From contig JANNVQ010000040.1 in NCBI GenBank assembly GCA_031414535.1, positions 32,001-96,000 on the forward strand: DNA of 64,000 nucleotides. The letters are read 5' to 3'. Position 1 is the first letter of the stretch, and each line of letters begins with the position of its first letter. A program made the position numbers and the translations under genes. The DNA comes from Gemmatimonas sp. (GTDB taxonomy: Bacteria > Gemmatimonadota > Gemmatimonadetes > Gemmatimonadales > Gemmatimonadaceae). Of the stretch, positions 30,360-40,464 are shown one piece after another. The notes under the pieces are model-generated. The model worked only from the letters and a program-made list of their open reading frames with translations, did no database searches and was not told the origin of the DNA.

Positions 30360-31789
30360 CACGGGTTGGGTGTTGGCATCGGCACGGCAGACGGCGGCTG
30401 GGTGCTACCCGCCGTCGAATCAGCGACCGCGCGCAGGCGCGTGGCCTCTGCGAGCGCACGCTCCAAGCCAGCCGGCACCACGCGCCACTCAAAGCGATCG
30501 CGCAACACGAGCGCAACCTGCTCGGGAACTTCAATGAAGCCCGCCTCGCCCTTCACCAGCGAGCGGAGGTAGGCGTTGGCACGGTTGGCGGCCAGCGCTT
30601 CACGCGCCGACTCGTTGTCCGTGGTGTCGCCGAGCTGCGTCGGCGAGAGGTTGAGCTGCGTCATCGAACCCGTAACGGCACCCCAAAACGCGTTGCGCGC
30701 TTCGCGCATCGTGTTCGAGTCCGGCTCCACGCCCAGCGAGTCCGCACGCTTCAACAACAACTCGTTGCGCATGATGTTCATGACAAACTGCGGAATCAGC
30801 GAATCTGGCGCTTCCATCAACTGCGGGCGAATCTGCGACTGCGCCGGGAAGGCGGCCATCCACTGCGCCATACGGCCAGCGGTGAGGTCAACTTTGCGCG
30901 AGGTCGCGATGGTCGTGCGGTCATCGCGGTAGGCGTCAATGTCCTCAGCCATTGCCTTCACCAAGCGCGCGGCGTTGGACTTCACCTGCACATTCTGGCC
31001 GACTTCGGCGCTGGCGAAGAAGGTGCTCTCCGCCTTCTGGGTCAGACGGGCCGCGTACTGCTCGCCAAACTGGGTCTTCACTTCATCCCAAGTGCTGCGG
31101 CGAATGATGTGGTAGCCGAACTGGGTCTCGACCACGCCCGTGATGGCACCTGGCGCGACGCTGAGAATGCCCTTCTCGAACTCCGGCACCATGGTGCCCG
31201 GTGGGAACACACCGTAATCACCGCCGCGGTCCTTGGAGCCCGGATCGGTGGAGCGGGTGCGAGCCACACGGCCAAAGGTCGCTGAGGTAACGGTGCGAGC
31301 GATACCTTCGGCCTCGCGACGTAGGGAATCATTTGCCGCCGTGCCCAGCCCTTCGGGCTGCTTGGAGATCAAGATGTGCGCGGCGCCGAGGAGTTCACCG
31401 GCCTCGTAGGCCGCCTTGAACTTGGCGCTATCGGGCGTCGCGGCGGCGCGGGAGTACTCCTCGTAGAGCTTCGTGAGCCGCATCTGCTCGATGGTGGACC
31501 ACATGCCTTGGTTGGCCAACTCGACGGTGCCGAGCGTGTCACCCTTCGAGGAGGCGAGGCCGAGGAGCTGGTAGTTCACCCACATTTGAGCGATGGTGCG
31601 GACAACGTCGGCTCGGAGGGGAACCTGTGGTGCAGCGGCCATCATGTCGGCCAGCTGCGTGACGGTCAGTTCCTGGCTTCCGGCGCGCGCGACGACGTCC
31701 ACATGGGAAGTCATGGCGTCCTTAATGGCACCGCAGGCAGTGGCGGCCGTGAGCACAACGGCGAGCAGGGAGAGGCGAAGGCGAGTCAT
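30359..31789 (-). CDS. Parvulin-type PPIase lipoprotein
   Basis: Lipobox ATAC; HILI..DPGS..GGDYG..MVPEFE..QFGYHII. Confidence 0.85.
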   Translation of the reverse strand: MTRLRLSLLAVVLTAATACGAIKDAMTSHVDVVARAGSQELTVTQLADMMAAAPQVPLRADVVRTIAQMWVNYQLLGLASSKGDTLGTVELANQGMWSTIEQMRLTKLYEEYSRAAATPDSAKFKAAYEAGELLGAAHILISKQPEGLGTAANDSLRREAEGIARTVTSATFGRVARTRSTDPGSKDRGGDYGVFPPGTMVPEFEKGILSVAPGAITGVVETQFGYHIIRRSTWDEVKTQFGEQYAARLTQKAESTFFASAEVGQNVQVKSNAARLVKAMAEDIDAYRDDRTTIATSRKVDLTAGRMAQWMAAFPAQSQIRPQLMEAPDSLIPQFVMNIMRNELLLKRADSLGVEPDSNTMREARNAFWGAVTGSMTQLNLSPTQLGDTTDNESAREALAANRANAYLRSLVKGEAGFIEVPEQVALVLRDRFEWRVVPAGLERALAEATRLRAVADSTAGSTQPPSAVPMPTPNP

Positions 31790-31823
31790 TGGTGCCGAAA
31801 AGAGGAAAATGAGATGAACACTG

Positions 31824-34800
31824 TTACCGCAAATCGGGCTCGATGGTCCTCAGCGCCCGGACAATACCTTCCAAAAGAGATGAGCCGCCGAGTCGCGTAA
31901 GCCTGAGCGACAACGGTTGGACCCGGGCCACGTCCACCTGGAACTGCACCTCCCGGAACGCGGCCGCGAGCGGCTTTAGACGCGGAACGGCGTCAGCCCT
32001 GAAGTTAATGCGGGCCTCATCGCCACGCACCAGCATAGCCTCCACACCCAGCCCAGCCCCGAGGAGCCTGAGCTTGGCCACGACGAGGTAGGCTTCGGCC
32101 TGAGCCGGGAGGGGCCCAAACCGGTCGCGAATCTCAGAGCGCAGGGCGTCAACATCTGCGGCGACCTTGGCCGCACCGAGCCGGCGGTACAAGTCCAACT
32201 TCACCGCGGCGGACTCGATGAATTCGTCCGGCAGGTAGTGTGGCTGGTCGAGCGTGATATCGGCCGGGGGCGGTGGGGGGGCATCCGTGCCGCGCTTCAT
32301 GCGCTCCACGGTTTCGTCGAGCATGCGCAGGTAGAGGTCGAAACCCACCGCATGCACGAAGCCCGACTGCTCAGGGCCGAGCAGGTTGCCGGCACCGCGC
32401 AATTCCATGTCCTTGAGTGCCACGCGATACCCGGCACCAAGCTCGGTGTGGTGCTCGAGCACTCGCAAGCGACGCTCCGCGTCCTCGTCAATGCGGTCTG
32501 GCACCATCAAGTAGCAGTAGGCGCGGCGATGCGAGCGCCCCACGCGACCGCGCAGTTGGTAGAGCTGGGCGAGACCCAGCCGGTCAGCACGATCGAGAAA
32601 CATCGTATTAGCGTTGGGCACGTCAATGCCGCTCTCCACGATGAGGGTGGAGACCAGCACGTCAATCTCGCCCGCCACGAACTGGCGCATGACTTCCTCG
32701 AGCTCGCGTTCTTTCATTTGGCCGTGGCCAACGCCGACCCGTGCCCGTGGCACGATGCGCTTCACGTGATCGGCAACGGCGAGAATGGTCTCAATGCGAT
32801 TGTGCACGAAGAAGACCTGTCCACCGCGGTCGAGCTCGCGGGAAATACCTTCGTCAATCAAGGCATCGTCCCACGGTTCGATGAAGGTCAGCACCGGAGA
32901 GCGGTCGCGCGGCGGCGTCTGCATCAAGGTGAGGTCACGCAATCCCGCGAGCGACTGGTGTAGCGTTCGCGGAATTGGCGTCGCCGTGAGCGTGAGCACA
33001 TCCGTTTCCAGGCGGAGCTGCTTGAGGCGCTCCTTGTGCTTCACGCCAAAGCGATGCTCTTCATCCACGATGATGAGGCCGAGGGCATGAAAGGTCACGT
33101 CGGGGCTGAGCAAGCGGTGCGTGCCGATAACGACATCCACCTTGCCGTCGGCGAGGAGCTTGAGTGCCTCGCCTTGCTCCTTGGCCGTTTGGAAGCGGCT
33201 CATCACCGCGATGCGCACCGGGAAATCCGCAAAGCGATCGCCAAAGGTGCGCGCGTGCTGCTCGGCGAGCACGGTGGTGGGCACGAGCACCGCGACTTGG
33301 CGGCCGCTCTGCACCGCCTTGAAGGCCGCGCGCACGGCGATCTCCGTCTTGCCATAGCCCACGTCGCCGACGAGCACGCGATCCATGGGCCTGCCCTGCT
33401 CCATATCTAGCTTCACCTGTTCGGTGGCCGTTCGCTGGTCGGGCGTATCCTCAAAGAGGAAGGAGCTCTCGAGCTGCTTTTGCCAGGCCCCGTCCGGACT
33501 GTGCGGCGGACGGCTCGCCACTTTGCGACGCGCATAGAGGTCCAGCAACTCGGCCGTCATCTCGCGCAAGGCCGAACGCGTCTTGTCACGCTGCGCCGCC
33601 CAACGCTTAGCACCGAGTTTATGAAGTTTCGGCGCGGGCGTGTCGTCCGATTCCTCACCGGCCGCGCGGTACTTCTCCACTTGGTCGAGGCGGTAGAGCG
33701 GGACGTTCAGCCGATCGCCACCTTCGTACTCGATGACCGCGACCTCGATGGTGGTCTCACCGTGGAAAACCGTAGTCATGCCACGGTAGATGCCCACCCC
33801 GTGTTCGAGATGCACGACGAAGTCGCCATGCTTGAGCGCGGTAACGTGCTCGAGTGCGGCTCCGCTATTGTAGCGGCGTGCCCGACGGATGCGGCGATCG
33901 CGACGGAAAATCTCATGGTCGGTGAGGACGCGAAGCCCCTGCGCGCCGCGCGGAGGCAAGAGAAACCCTCCCGCGAGCACGCCGATGGCCAGCGTCAACC
34001 GATCTCTGGTCTCGCCGCCACCGCGCGCGCCTTCGAGCAACTCTTCGAGTCGCTCGGCTTGGCCGCTGTTGTCGCAGAGAATGAGCGTGGGCGTGCCGTC
34101 GCGCACCATGGCGCCCAGCTTGGCCATGTCGCGTTCCACCGGCTCAGGCGCGCGCAGCGGGAAGACCACGGCCCGCGGGTCGTCCTCGCTGGTGGCCATG
34201 ATTTCTAGGCGGGGGAAGCCGCGTAGATAGCCTTCGGCGCTTGACGGCGCCTGAAACAGTTCATCGCGCGAGGCTGCGTCTTCACCACGGCGACGCGCCA
34301 ACTCCAAATGATGCTGCGCCTCATTCCAGGTGCGCTCAAACTCATTGCGAGTCTGCGCGCCCAGCGGCATCACCATCAAGGTGCCCGGAGGAAACAACTC
34401 CGCGAGCGAGGCACGCGCGAACTTTACGTCGGCGTCTGCGCCCTGCACTTCTATAGGAAGAATTACGACGCGATCTACGGGCCCGGTGGCGCGTTGCGTG
34501 GCGACGTCGAATGCGCGGAGTTCCTCGAGTTCGTCACCCCAGAACTCCAAGCGTACGGGATCGCGCATGCCGAATCCGTACACGTCGAGGATGCCGCCGC
34601 GCACCGAATACTGCGCGACGTCTTCCACGAGGGCCACGCGCTCAAAACCCACACTCTCTAAGTGAGCCATCAGCTCTTCGAGGCGCCACGAATCGCCCTT
34701 CTTGAGTTCGAGGCGGGCGTCGGCGAGCGCTCGAGGGAGCCGCGTGCGCTCCTGCATGGCACGAGCCGTCGTGAGCAAGACCCGAACGCCACCCTTGGCC

Positions 34801-35132
34801 AAGGCCTCGAGCGTCTCCACGCGTTCACCCGCGACTTCAGCGTGAGGTTCGACTTCGCCGAAACCTTCTCGAGGCGGATACAGGGCGACGCCATCCGCCC
34901 CCAGCACCGATTGCAGATCCGCGTGCCAGCGTTCGGCGTCGGGCAGTTGATCGGCAATAACCACGAAGAGCCGATTGGGCTCGCGCTCGGACAACGCGGC
35001 GACGAGCACCGCGTCGGCGGAGCCGGCGAGTCCTCCGACCGCGAGGTGCCCGCTGGACTTGGGTAAAGTGCTGGCCAGCCGCGTGAACGCGGGCAGGGCC
35101 GCGAGTCGTTCAATAAGAAGCGGAAGCGGCAT
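31824..35132 (-). CDS. mfd: Transcription-repair coupling factor
   Basis: GDVGYGKTE, DEEH, TATPIPRT, QLRGRVGR; start via TGATG overlap. Confidence 0.96.
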   Translation of the reverse strand: MPLPLLIERLAALPAFTRLASTLPKSSGHLAVGGLAGSADAVLVAALSEREPNRLFVVIADQLPDAERWHADLQSVLGADGVALYPPREGFGEVEPHAEVAGERVETLEALAKGGVRVLLTTARAMQERTRLPRALADARLELKKGDSWRLEELMAHLESVGFERVALVEDVAQYSVRGGILDVYGFGMRDPVRLEFWGDELEELRAFDVATQRATGPVDRVVILPIEVQGADADVKFARASLAELFPPGTLMVMPLGAQTRNEFERTWNEAQHHLELARRRGEDAASRDELFQAPSSAEGYLRGFPRLEIMATSEDDPRAVVFPLRAPEPVERDMAKLGAMVRDGTPTLILCDNSGQAERLEELLEGARGGGETRDRLTLAIGVLAGGFLLPPRGAQGLRVLTDHEIFRRDRRIRRARRYNSGAALEHVTALKHGDFVVHLEHGVGIYRGMTTVFHGETTIEVAVIEYEGGDRLNVPLYRLDQVEKYRAAGEESDDTPAPKLHKLGAKRWAAQRDKTRSALREMTAELLDLYARRKVASRPPHSPDGAWQKQLESSFLFEDTPDQRTATEQVKLDMEQGRPMDRVLVGDVGYGKTEIAVRAAFKAVQSGRQVAVLVPTTVLAEQHARTFGDRFADFPVRIAVMSRFQTAKEQGEALKLLADGKVDVVIGTHRLLSPDVTFHALGLIIVDEEHRFGVKHKERLKQLRLETDVLTLTATPIPRTLHQSLAGLRDLTLMQTPPRDRSPVLTFIEPWDDALIDEGISRELDRGGQVFFVHNRIETILAVADHVKRIVPRARVGVGHGQMKERELEEVMRQFVAGEIDVLVSTLIVESGIDVPNANTMFLDRADRLGLAQLYQLRGRVGRSHRRAYCYLMVPDRIDEDAERRLRVLEHHTELGAGYRVALKDMELRGAGNLLGPEQSGFVHAVGFDLYLRMLDETVERMKRGTDAPPPPPADITLDQPHYLPDEFIESAAVKLDLYRRLGAAKVAADVDALRSEIRDRFGPLPAQAEAYLVVAKLRLLGAGLGVEAMLVRGDEARINFRADAVPRLKPLAAAFREVQFQVDVARVQPLSLRLTRLGGSSLLEGIVRALRTIEPDLR

Positions 35133-36940
35133 CAGGTCACCGCTGACGAACTGCGTCCGCGTCGTGCGAGCCAAGACTCGAGGACGAGCAACGCCAACGC
35201 CAGGAGAAGCAAGGGAGTGTCGAGCGCGCGACGACCACCGGCCGCGAAGGCTGCGCGCGCGAGCGTTTCGGGAGTGGGTTCGGCGCGCTCGGCGCCAATG
35301 ATGGTCTGCAGTGAATCCGAACTGAGCGCCGCGAGTTCGGACTCGGCCGACTCCGGATTCACCACCATCGCGCCCGCACGTTGATTAGCGCGGCGCCAGA
35401 AGTAGACGCCGGCACGGGTTGGCGCCGCGAGCTGATCGCCGGCGCGCACGATGCGACGCGTGCTGTCGGGCATCTCGAGCTCGCTCACGCCTGCAGGGAC
35501 GGTCACCGTGCTGCCAGGCGCCGCATCGCGCGCCACGCCAGCGGCGGAGGTGAGCCGCTCGCTGACGAGTCGGTCGAGCCAAGGCACGAATTCGGCGCGG
35601 AGCAGCAGGTTGGTGGCTTCGGCATCGGCTGCGGACGCGACCAATACATAGCCCTCACCAGCAATGGCCCAGGGTGCCGAGCCTACTCGCGCGAGCGTAT
35701 CAATACGCGCGGTGCCGGTGCCGGCTTGCTCAAGTGTGAACCATACGGTCGCCGTGGCCCCTTCAAGATCAGCGCCACGCAAAGGCGCCGGTCCGCTACG
35801 ACGGGCACCAAAGCGCCACGGAACTCCGGCGCGGGCCAGCGCGCGATTCGCATCAGCGACTTGCAGCGGGTCGCGTGGCGCGAAGAGCACCGCGGGACGT
35901 CGCGCGCGCTCGGCGCCGCCGATGAATACCGCGTTGCCGAGGCTTGCGCGTCCCGATTGCACGAGTGAGGCCACAGCTTCACGGAGGAAAGCATTGTCGG
36001 GCTCGGCGGAGAGTGCTGGCGCTTCACCGACGTGCACCGCAAAGTGGCGCTGGTCATCGCCGCGATACTCATCGCCCTCGAGCGCGAGCACGCCAGCTTG
36101 CCAGCCGCGCGTCGAGGATTGCGCGCGCGCCACGATGACGCCCCCCTGCTCCGCGCGACCGCGGGTGACAGTGCGTCCGTCGAGTGTGAGGCGCCACGAC
36201 GCGGAGTCACCGATTAGCGTTGCACGCACACCGCCGCGGGGGCTCCAATACGGAGGCTCCACCTCGAGAGTCGTGATCCCTCTGTTTCTCGGCGCCTCAA
36301 GTCCCGGCGCAAACAGGATGCGAGGCGCGGTGGCCGAATCTGGCGCGAGCCCAGCCCACTGCGAAGCCTGACCATCGGTGAGCAACAGCGTGCGGCGCTC
36401 TGGGAGCGCGGACCCCGCAATAACTGCCTCGGCGCGGCGCAGCGCGGCAGAGGCATCACCCGCTCCATCTATGGGCGTGAGTGAATCGAGCAGTGCCTGC
36501 AAGGCGGCTGGCTCGCCGCTCCGCACATCGCCATCCATGGTTACGAGGAACAGTTCGTCACCAGTGGACGCCGCGTTGATGGCACTGCGCGCCGCTCCCA
36601 CGAGTATGCGCAATGCCGGACCATCTCCGCGCACCGCGGCACTCGACGCCGAATTATCAATCACGATAGCCAGCGCCGTTGGCGGATGCCCAAAGCCTGG
36701 CAGAATCCCTATGGGGCGAGCCACGGCAAAGGACACGGCCAGCACGATGCCCACGCGCACCAACATCAAGAGCAGGTTGCGCAGCTTGACTTCGCGTGCG
36801 TGCTCACGCTCGGCGCGCAGCAGGTAGCGCACGGCTGGAAAGTCCACGCGCACACCCGTGCGGCGACGCAGCAGGTGCAACAGCAGTGGTACGCCGGCGA
36901 GGGCGGTGAGCAGCAGCGCCCACGGCGTGAGGAAACTCAC
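35132..36940 (-). CDS. BatA N-terminal/VWA domain membrane protein
   Basis: FLTP..PLLLHLL..FPA..L BatA motif; IDNSAS and LLTDG MIDAS; GTGA overlap. Confidence 0.85.
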   Translation of the reverse strand: MSFLTPWALLLTALAGVPLLLHLLRRRTGVRVDFPAVRYLLRAEREHAREVKLRNLLLMLVRVGIVLAVSFAVARPIGILPGFGHPPTALAIVIDNSASSAAVRGDGPALRILVGAARSAINAASTGDELFLVTMDGDVRSGEPAALQALLDSLTPIDGAGDASAALRRAEAVIAGSALPERRTLLLTDGQASQWAGLAPDSATAPRILFAPGLEAPRNRGITTLEVEPPYWSPRGGVRATLIGDSASWRLTLDGRTVTRGRAEQGGVIVARAQSSTRGWQAGVLALEGDEYRGDDQRHFAVHVGEAPALSAEPDNAFLREAVASLVQSGRASLGNAVFIGGAERARRPAVLFAPRDPLQVADANRALARAGVPWRFGARRSGPAPLRGADLEGATATVWFTLEQAGTGTARIDTLARVGSAPWAIAGEGYVLVASAADAEATNLLLRAEFVPWLDRLVSERLTSAAGVARDAAPGSTVTVPAGVSELEMPDSTRRIVRAGDQLAAPTRAGVYFWRRANQRAGAMVVNPESAESELAALSSDSLQTIIGAERAEPTPETLARAAFAAGGRRALDTPLLLLALALLVLESWLARRGRSSSAVT

Positions 36941-37857
36941 GGCTGACGCTGCCGGCGCGCGAAGGCCTTCCGCAAGGGAACACCGAAGGGCTCTGAGGTG
37001 AGCACCGTTTCGTAGATGGCGCCCGAGGAAGCGAAGCGCGCGCGCCACTCGTCCATGGCCTCGCTCACCGTCGCCATGTAGGCCTCGCGCACCTCGCTCG
37101 GCGTGGCCGCCAGCGATTCGCCGCCCTCGGGGTCCACGAACAAGGCTTCACCGCTCGGCAGGTCGAAGCTGCGCTCAGCGGGATCTAATAGATGCAGCAC
37201 GATTACATCGTGGCCTTGGGCGCGCAGCACACGCACGGCGTCCTCAACTTCAACGGCTTCGAGCAACAGATCTGAGATCAAGATGACCATGCCGCGGCGC
37301 TTCACGAGCGTCGCCGCTTGGCGGAGTGCGCCGGCGGCATCCGAACCCGGGCCGCCACCTTCCTCTGTGAGCGCCGTGACCAATCGCGAGAATTGCACCT
37401 GACGCGAGGCCGGGCTCATCGCGGAGCGCACTTGGTCATCGAAGCGAATGAGTCCCACCGCATCGCGCTGTCGGAGCAGAAGCAGCGACAAAGCGGCCGT
37501 GACCTGCTCCGCGTAGCGGCGCTTGGTGAGCAGGGTATCGGAGGACGCCCAATCCATGGACCGCGACACATCGAGCACAATGGTGCAGCGAAGGTTCGTC
37601 TCCTCCTCGTACTGCTTGATGAGCCACTTGTCGGCGCGAGCGGCAACCTTCCAATCCATGAAGCGCAGGTCGTCGCCGGGCTGATACGGGCGATGCTCCG
37701 CGAACTCCACAGAAAAGCCCTTTCGTGGCGAGCGGTGGAGGCCTGCCAGGACCCCGTCCACTAGCCAACGCGAAATGACCTCGAGGCGTCCAAGCGCCGC
37801 GAGGGTCCGGGGGTCCATCAGGTCGGGCCGCTGCTGGCCCGAGGGTTCGTTCGCCAT
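36937..37857 (-). CDS. DUF58 domain protein (MoxR-associated)
   Basis: GFSVEFAEHRPYQPGDDLR..DWK; LDVSRSM; ISD. Confidence 0.92.
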   Translation of the reverse strand: MANEPSGQQRPDLMDPRTLAALGRLEVISRWLVDGVLAGLHRSPRKGFSVEFAEHRPYQPGDDLRFMDWKVAARADKWLIKQYEEETNLRCTIVLDVSRSMDWASSDTLLTKRRYAEQVTAALSLLLLRQRDAVGLIRFDDQVRSAMSPASRQVQFSRLVTALTEEGGGPGSDAAGALRQAATLVKRRGMVILISDLLLEAVEVEDAVRVLRAQGHDVIVLHLLDPAERSFDLPSGEALFVDPEGGESLAATPSEVREAYMATVSEAMDEWRARFASSGAIYETVLTSEPFGVPLRKAFARRQRQP

Positions 37858-37997
37858 CTGGACGCGAAAGGTAGACGGGCGAACCTAGGTGTCCAAGTCC
37901 GGTTCTGGAGCCTCGGATGCACAAACCATGAGGTTTGCAACCGGACACGGTCCGAGCGAGACAGGTCATTCATCCCGCTCGTCCGCGTCTGAGAAGC

Positions 37998-38816
37998 CTA
38001 GTGACGGTCCGCGCTCATACGCGCGCGCCCTCCGAGCGCGCGGTCGGCATCGTCAATCGCGCGCCGCAGAATCCACGCCTTCTCCGTGGTATCGTGTTCG
38101 GCGTCGGCGTCACGTAGACCACGCTCCAAGGCGCGCCGCGTGGAAGTCGAGACGTTATCGCCGAGATTCAAGACGGCGCGAATCGCCACTTCGTAAATCG
38201 CGGCGGTGGCTGCTGGCTCGTCATCGTTGAAGAACGGCACTCCGCGGCGGACGGCCAGCGTCAGGAGCTCGCGTGCTTCGGTGTTCCGCTGGGCGCTGGC
38301 GCCGTCACGCATCCCGTCAGTGGGCGGCAGCAGCACTTCGTCAATCACGTGGATCACGCCGTTGGTGGCTCCGACGTCCGCGCGCACGACGGTGGCATTG
38401 TTGATCATCAGTGAACTGCCCTGGGCACGAATGCGGATGTTGCGGCCCTCGACGGTCTTCGCGGATGTGAGCTCGCGGGCGGCGGCGGCGTTTACCCGCC
38501 CCGGTACCACATGGTACAGGAGGATGGCGCGAAGTTGCGCGCGATTCTCAGGCTTGAGGAGATTCTCTACCGTACCGGCGGGTAGCCGGCGGAAGGCTTC
38601 GTCGGTGGGGGCGAATACCGTGAACGGTCCATTGCCACGCAAGGTCTCCGTGAGTCCTGCGGCGTCGAGGGCCGTGACCAGCGTGGCGAACTGGCCGGCG
38701 CTGCGTGCAACCGTGGGGATGTCACCGCGCTGGGCGGCGGCGGACGAAGTGACGAGCGAGGTGGCGAAGGCCAACAGCGCTACCGGAACAAAAAGACTGC
38801 GGCGCAAACGGAACAC
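37998..38816 (-). CDS. Secreted fasciclin (FAS1) domain protein with C-terminal helical extension
   Basis: TVFAPTDEAF, LLYHVV, NGVIHVID; AGGAG-N6-GTG start. Confidence 0.9.
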   Translation of the reverse strand: MFRLRRSLFVPVALLAFATSLVTSSAAAQRGDIPTVARSAGQFATLVTALDAAGLTETLRGNGPFTVFAPTDEAFRRLPAGTVENLLKPENRAQLRAILLYHVVPGRVNAAAARELTSAKTVEGRNIRIRAQGSSLMINNATVVRADVGATNGVIHVIDEVLLPPTDGMRDGASAQRNTEARELLTLAVRRGVPFFNDDEPAATAAIYEVAIRAVLNLGDNVSTSTRRALERGLRDADAEHDTTEKAWILRRAIDDADRALGGRARMSADRH

Positions 38817-38866
38817 GTGTGACTCCTGTCTCATGGGAAAGTGACCAGCTGGGTGTCGAGGACTGG

Positions 38867-38922
38867 TTCGCTTCCGGAGTGCTGTTTGGATGCACTGCAT
38901 CCAAATCCGCGCGTCTGGCGAA
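38867..38922. promoter_or_regulatory. Back-to-back SigK-type ECF promoters
   Basis: Minus CATCC-N17-CGAA and plus CATCC-N16-CGAA; palindrome 38885-38905. Confidence 0.75.
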
Positions 38923-39006
38923 CTATTGGGGAGCGGCTTCGCGAACCCGCGAGCCCACCTTCCCGTTCGACTTCCCGTGCCTTCTGCCTTCCGCCTTCCG
39001 TTTCAG

Positions 39007-39588
39007 ATGCCGATTGCGTTAGCAACGTCCCCTGATGACGCGCCTCTGGTGCTTGCCCGTATTGCGGCGGGTGACGAGCGCGCGGTCCGCGACTGCGTTG
39101 CCGCATTCGGGCCAATGCTCTTGGCCTTGGCGCGTCGTTGGTCGCCGAACCCTGCCGACGCCGAGGATGCGGTGCAGGAGATTTTCTTCGATCTCTGGCG
39201 CAACGCCGTGCGCTACGACCCCTCCAAAGCCAGCGAGCGCGGCTTCGTCGCCATGATTGCTCGGCGTCGCCTCATTGACCGGCACCGACGGCAACTGCGC
39301 ATGGTTCGCACAGAACCAGTACCTGATGGCTTCGACCTTCCAGATCCCGAGACGGATGAAGGCGACCGCGTGGGCGAAGCGATGGCGGCACGCGAGGTGC
39401 TCGCCCAGCTCACGCCGCAACAACGTCGGTTTATTGAGCGACACTTGCTGGACGGTAAGACTCACGAGGAGATTGCCGCTGAGACATCGGTGCCATTGGG
39501 CACAGTGAAATCGCACATTCGTCGCGGACTCTTGAAGGCACGCGCGCTACTAGGCGGGCGTGCCGCCGCGGCAGAGGAGGACGTATGA
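39007..39588 (+). CDS. ECF sigma factor, SigK-like
   Basis: DAEDAVQEIF..LW, IARRRLIDR, PLGTVKSHIRRGL. Confidence 0.92.
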   Translation: MPIALATSPDDAPLVLARIAAGDERAVRDCVAAFGPMLLALARRWSPNPADAEDAVQEIFFDLWRNAVRYDPSKASERGFVAMIARRRLIDRHRRQLRMVRTEPVPDGFDLPDPETDEGDRVGEAMAAREVLAQLTPQQRRFIERHLLDGKTHEEIAAETSVPLGTVKSHIRRGLLKARALLGGRAAAAEEDV

Positions 39589-40328
39589 CCACACCCGAAT
39601 CTTCATCGCAGTCTTTGGAATCCACGGCCGCTGAACTCGCGTCTGCTCTCGTGCAGCCCAGCGAGGCAGACGTTGCACTCGGCAGTGACTTGGCGGCGCG
39701 CATCATTGCCGATGGCGAAGCCGTGCTCCGTGCGCAGCGGATTGCCGACGCGCCTGGCTCTGGTGACGCCCAAAGTGGGTCGGTGATTGCCGTAGCTTCG
39801 GGTGCTGCGCCGGCGCGCGTACAGGCCTCGCGTTGGCGTGAGCGGAGTGCGTGGATGCTCGCGGTCGCCGCGAGCATTGCGTGGCTCTTGCTGCCGAGCC
39901 CGATTGCACCCATCCGTGACGAGGGGGCTCCCGCTGCACTGGTGGCACTGCGAGACTCACTCGCCGGCGATTCCGCGAGTGTGCAAGTGGCGTGGGCGCC
40001 GTCTACAGATCCAGCGGGGCGCAACGCTAGCGGCGATGTCGTGTGGCACGCCGCGTCGCAGCGTGGCGTGATGCGCTTCCGAGGGCTGGCGCCGAATGAC
40101 AAGCGCATCGCGCAGTATCAGCTGTGGATTGTGGATGCGAATCGTGATGCACGATATCCCGTGGATGGCGGCGTGTTTGATGTGAACGAGAGCGGAGAAG
40201 TGCTCGTCGCAATTGACGCGCGGCTCCCGGTTGGTCGCGCGACACTCTTCGCCGTCACGCTCGAAGCACCAGGCGGTGTGGTGGTGTCAACACGCGAACG
40301 ATTGGTGCTGGCGGCGCCGGCGGACTGA
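39585..40328 (+). CDS. Anti-sigma factor, RskA-like
   Basis: Single TM; YQLW, GGVF, FAVTLEAPGG. Confidence 0.88.
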   Translation: MTTPESSSQSLESTAAELASALVQPSEADVALGSDLAARIIADGEAVLRAQRIADAPGSGDAQSGSVIAVASGAAPARVQASRWRERSAWMLAVAASIAWLLLPSPIAPIRDEGAPAALVALRDSLAGDSASVQVAWAPSTDPAGRNASGDVVWHAASQRGVMRFRGLAPNDKRIAQYQLWIVDANRDARYPVDGGVFDVNESGEVLVAIDARLPVGRATLFAVTLEAPGGVVVSTRERLVLAAPAD

Positions 40329-40464
40329 GGTGGCGAGGGTGCGGCGGCAACTCGGGAACCCTCACTTCAATTGGGAGATGGAACGGATTCGTGTACCGGA
40401 CGCTTTGACCACGCTCATTCACAGTGCGTTCGTCGTGTCCTCATCACTTTTTGGAGTTCGGACC

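Noticed and set aside
37895..37921. Minus-strand TGCATCC as a SigK promoter for DUF58
   Set aside because: No CGAA at N16-17; a TACCTT -10 near the ATG explains it better
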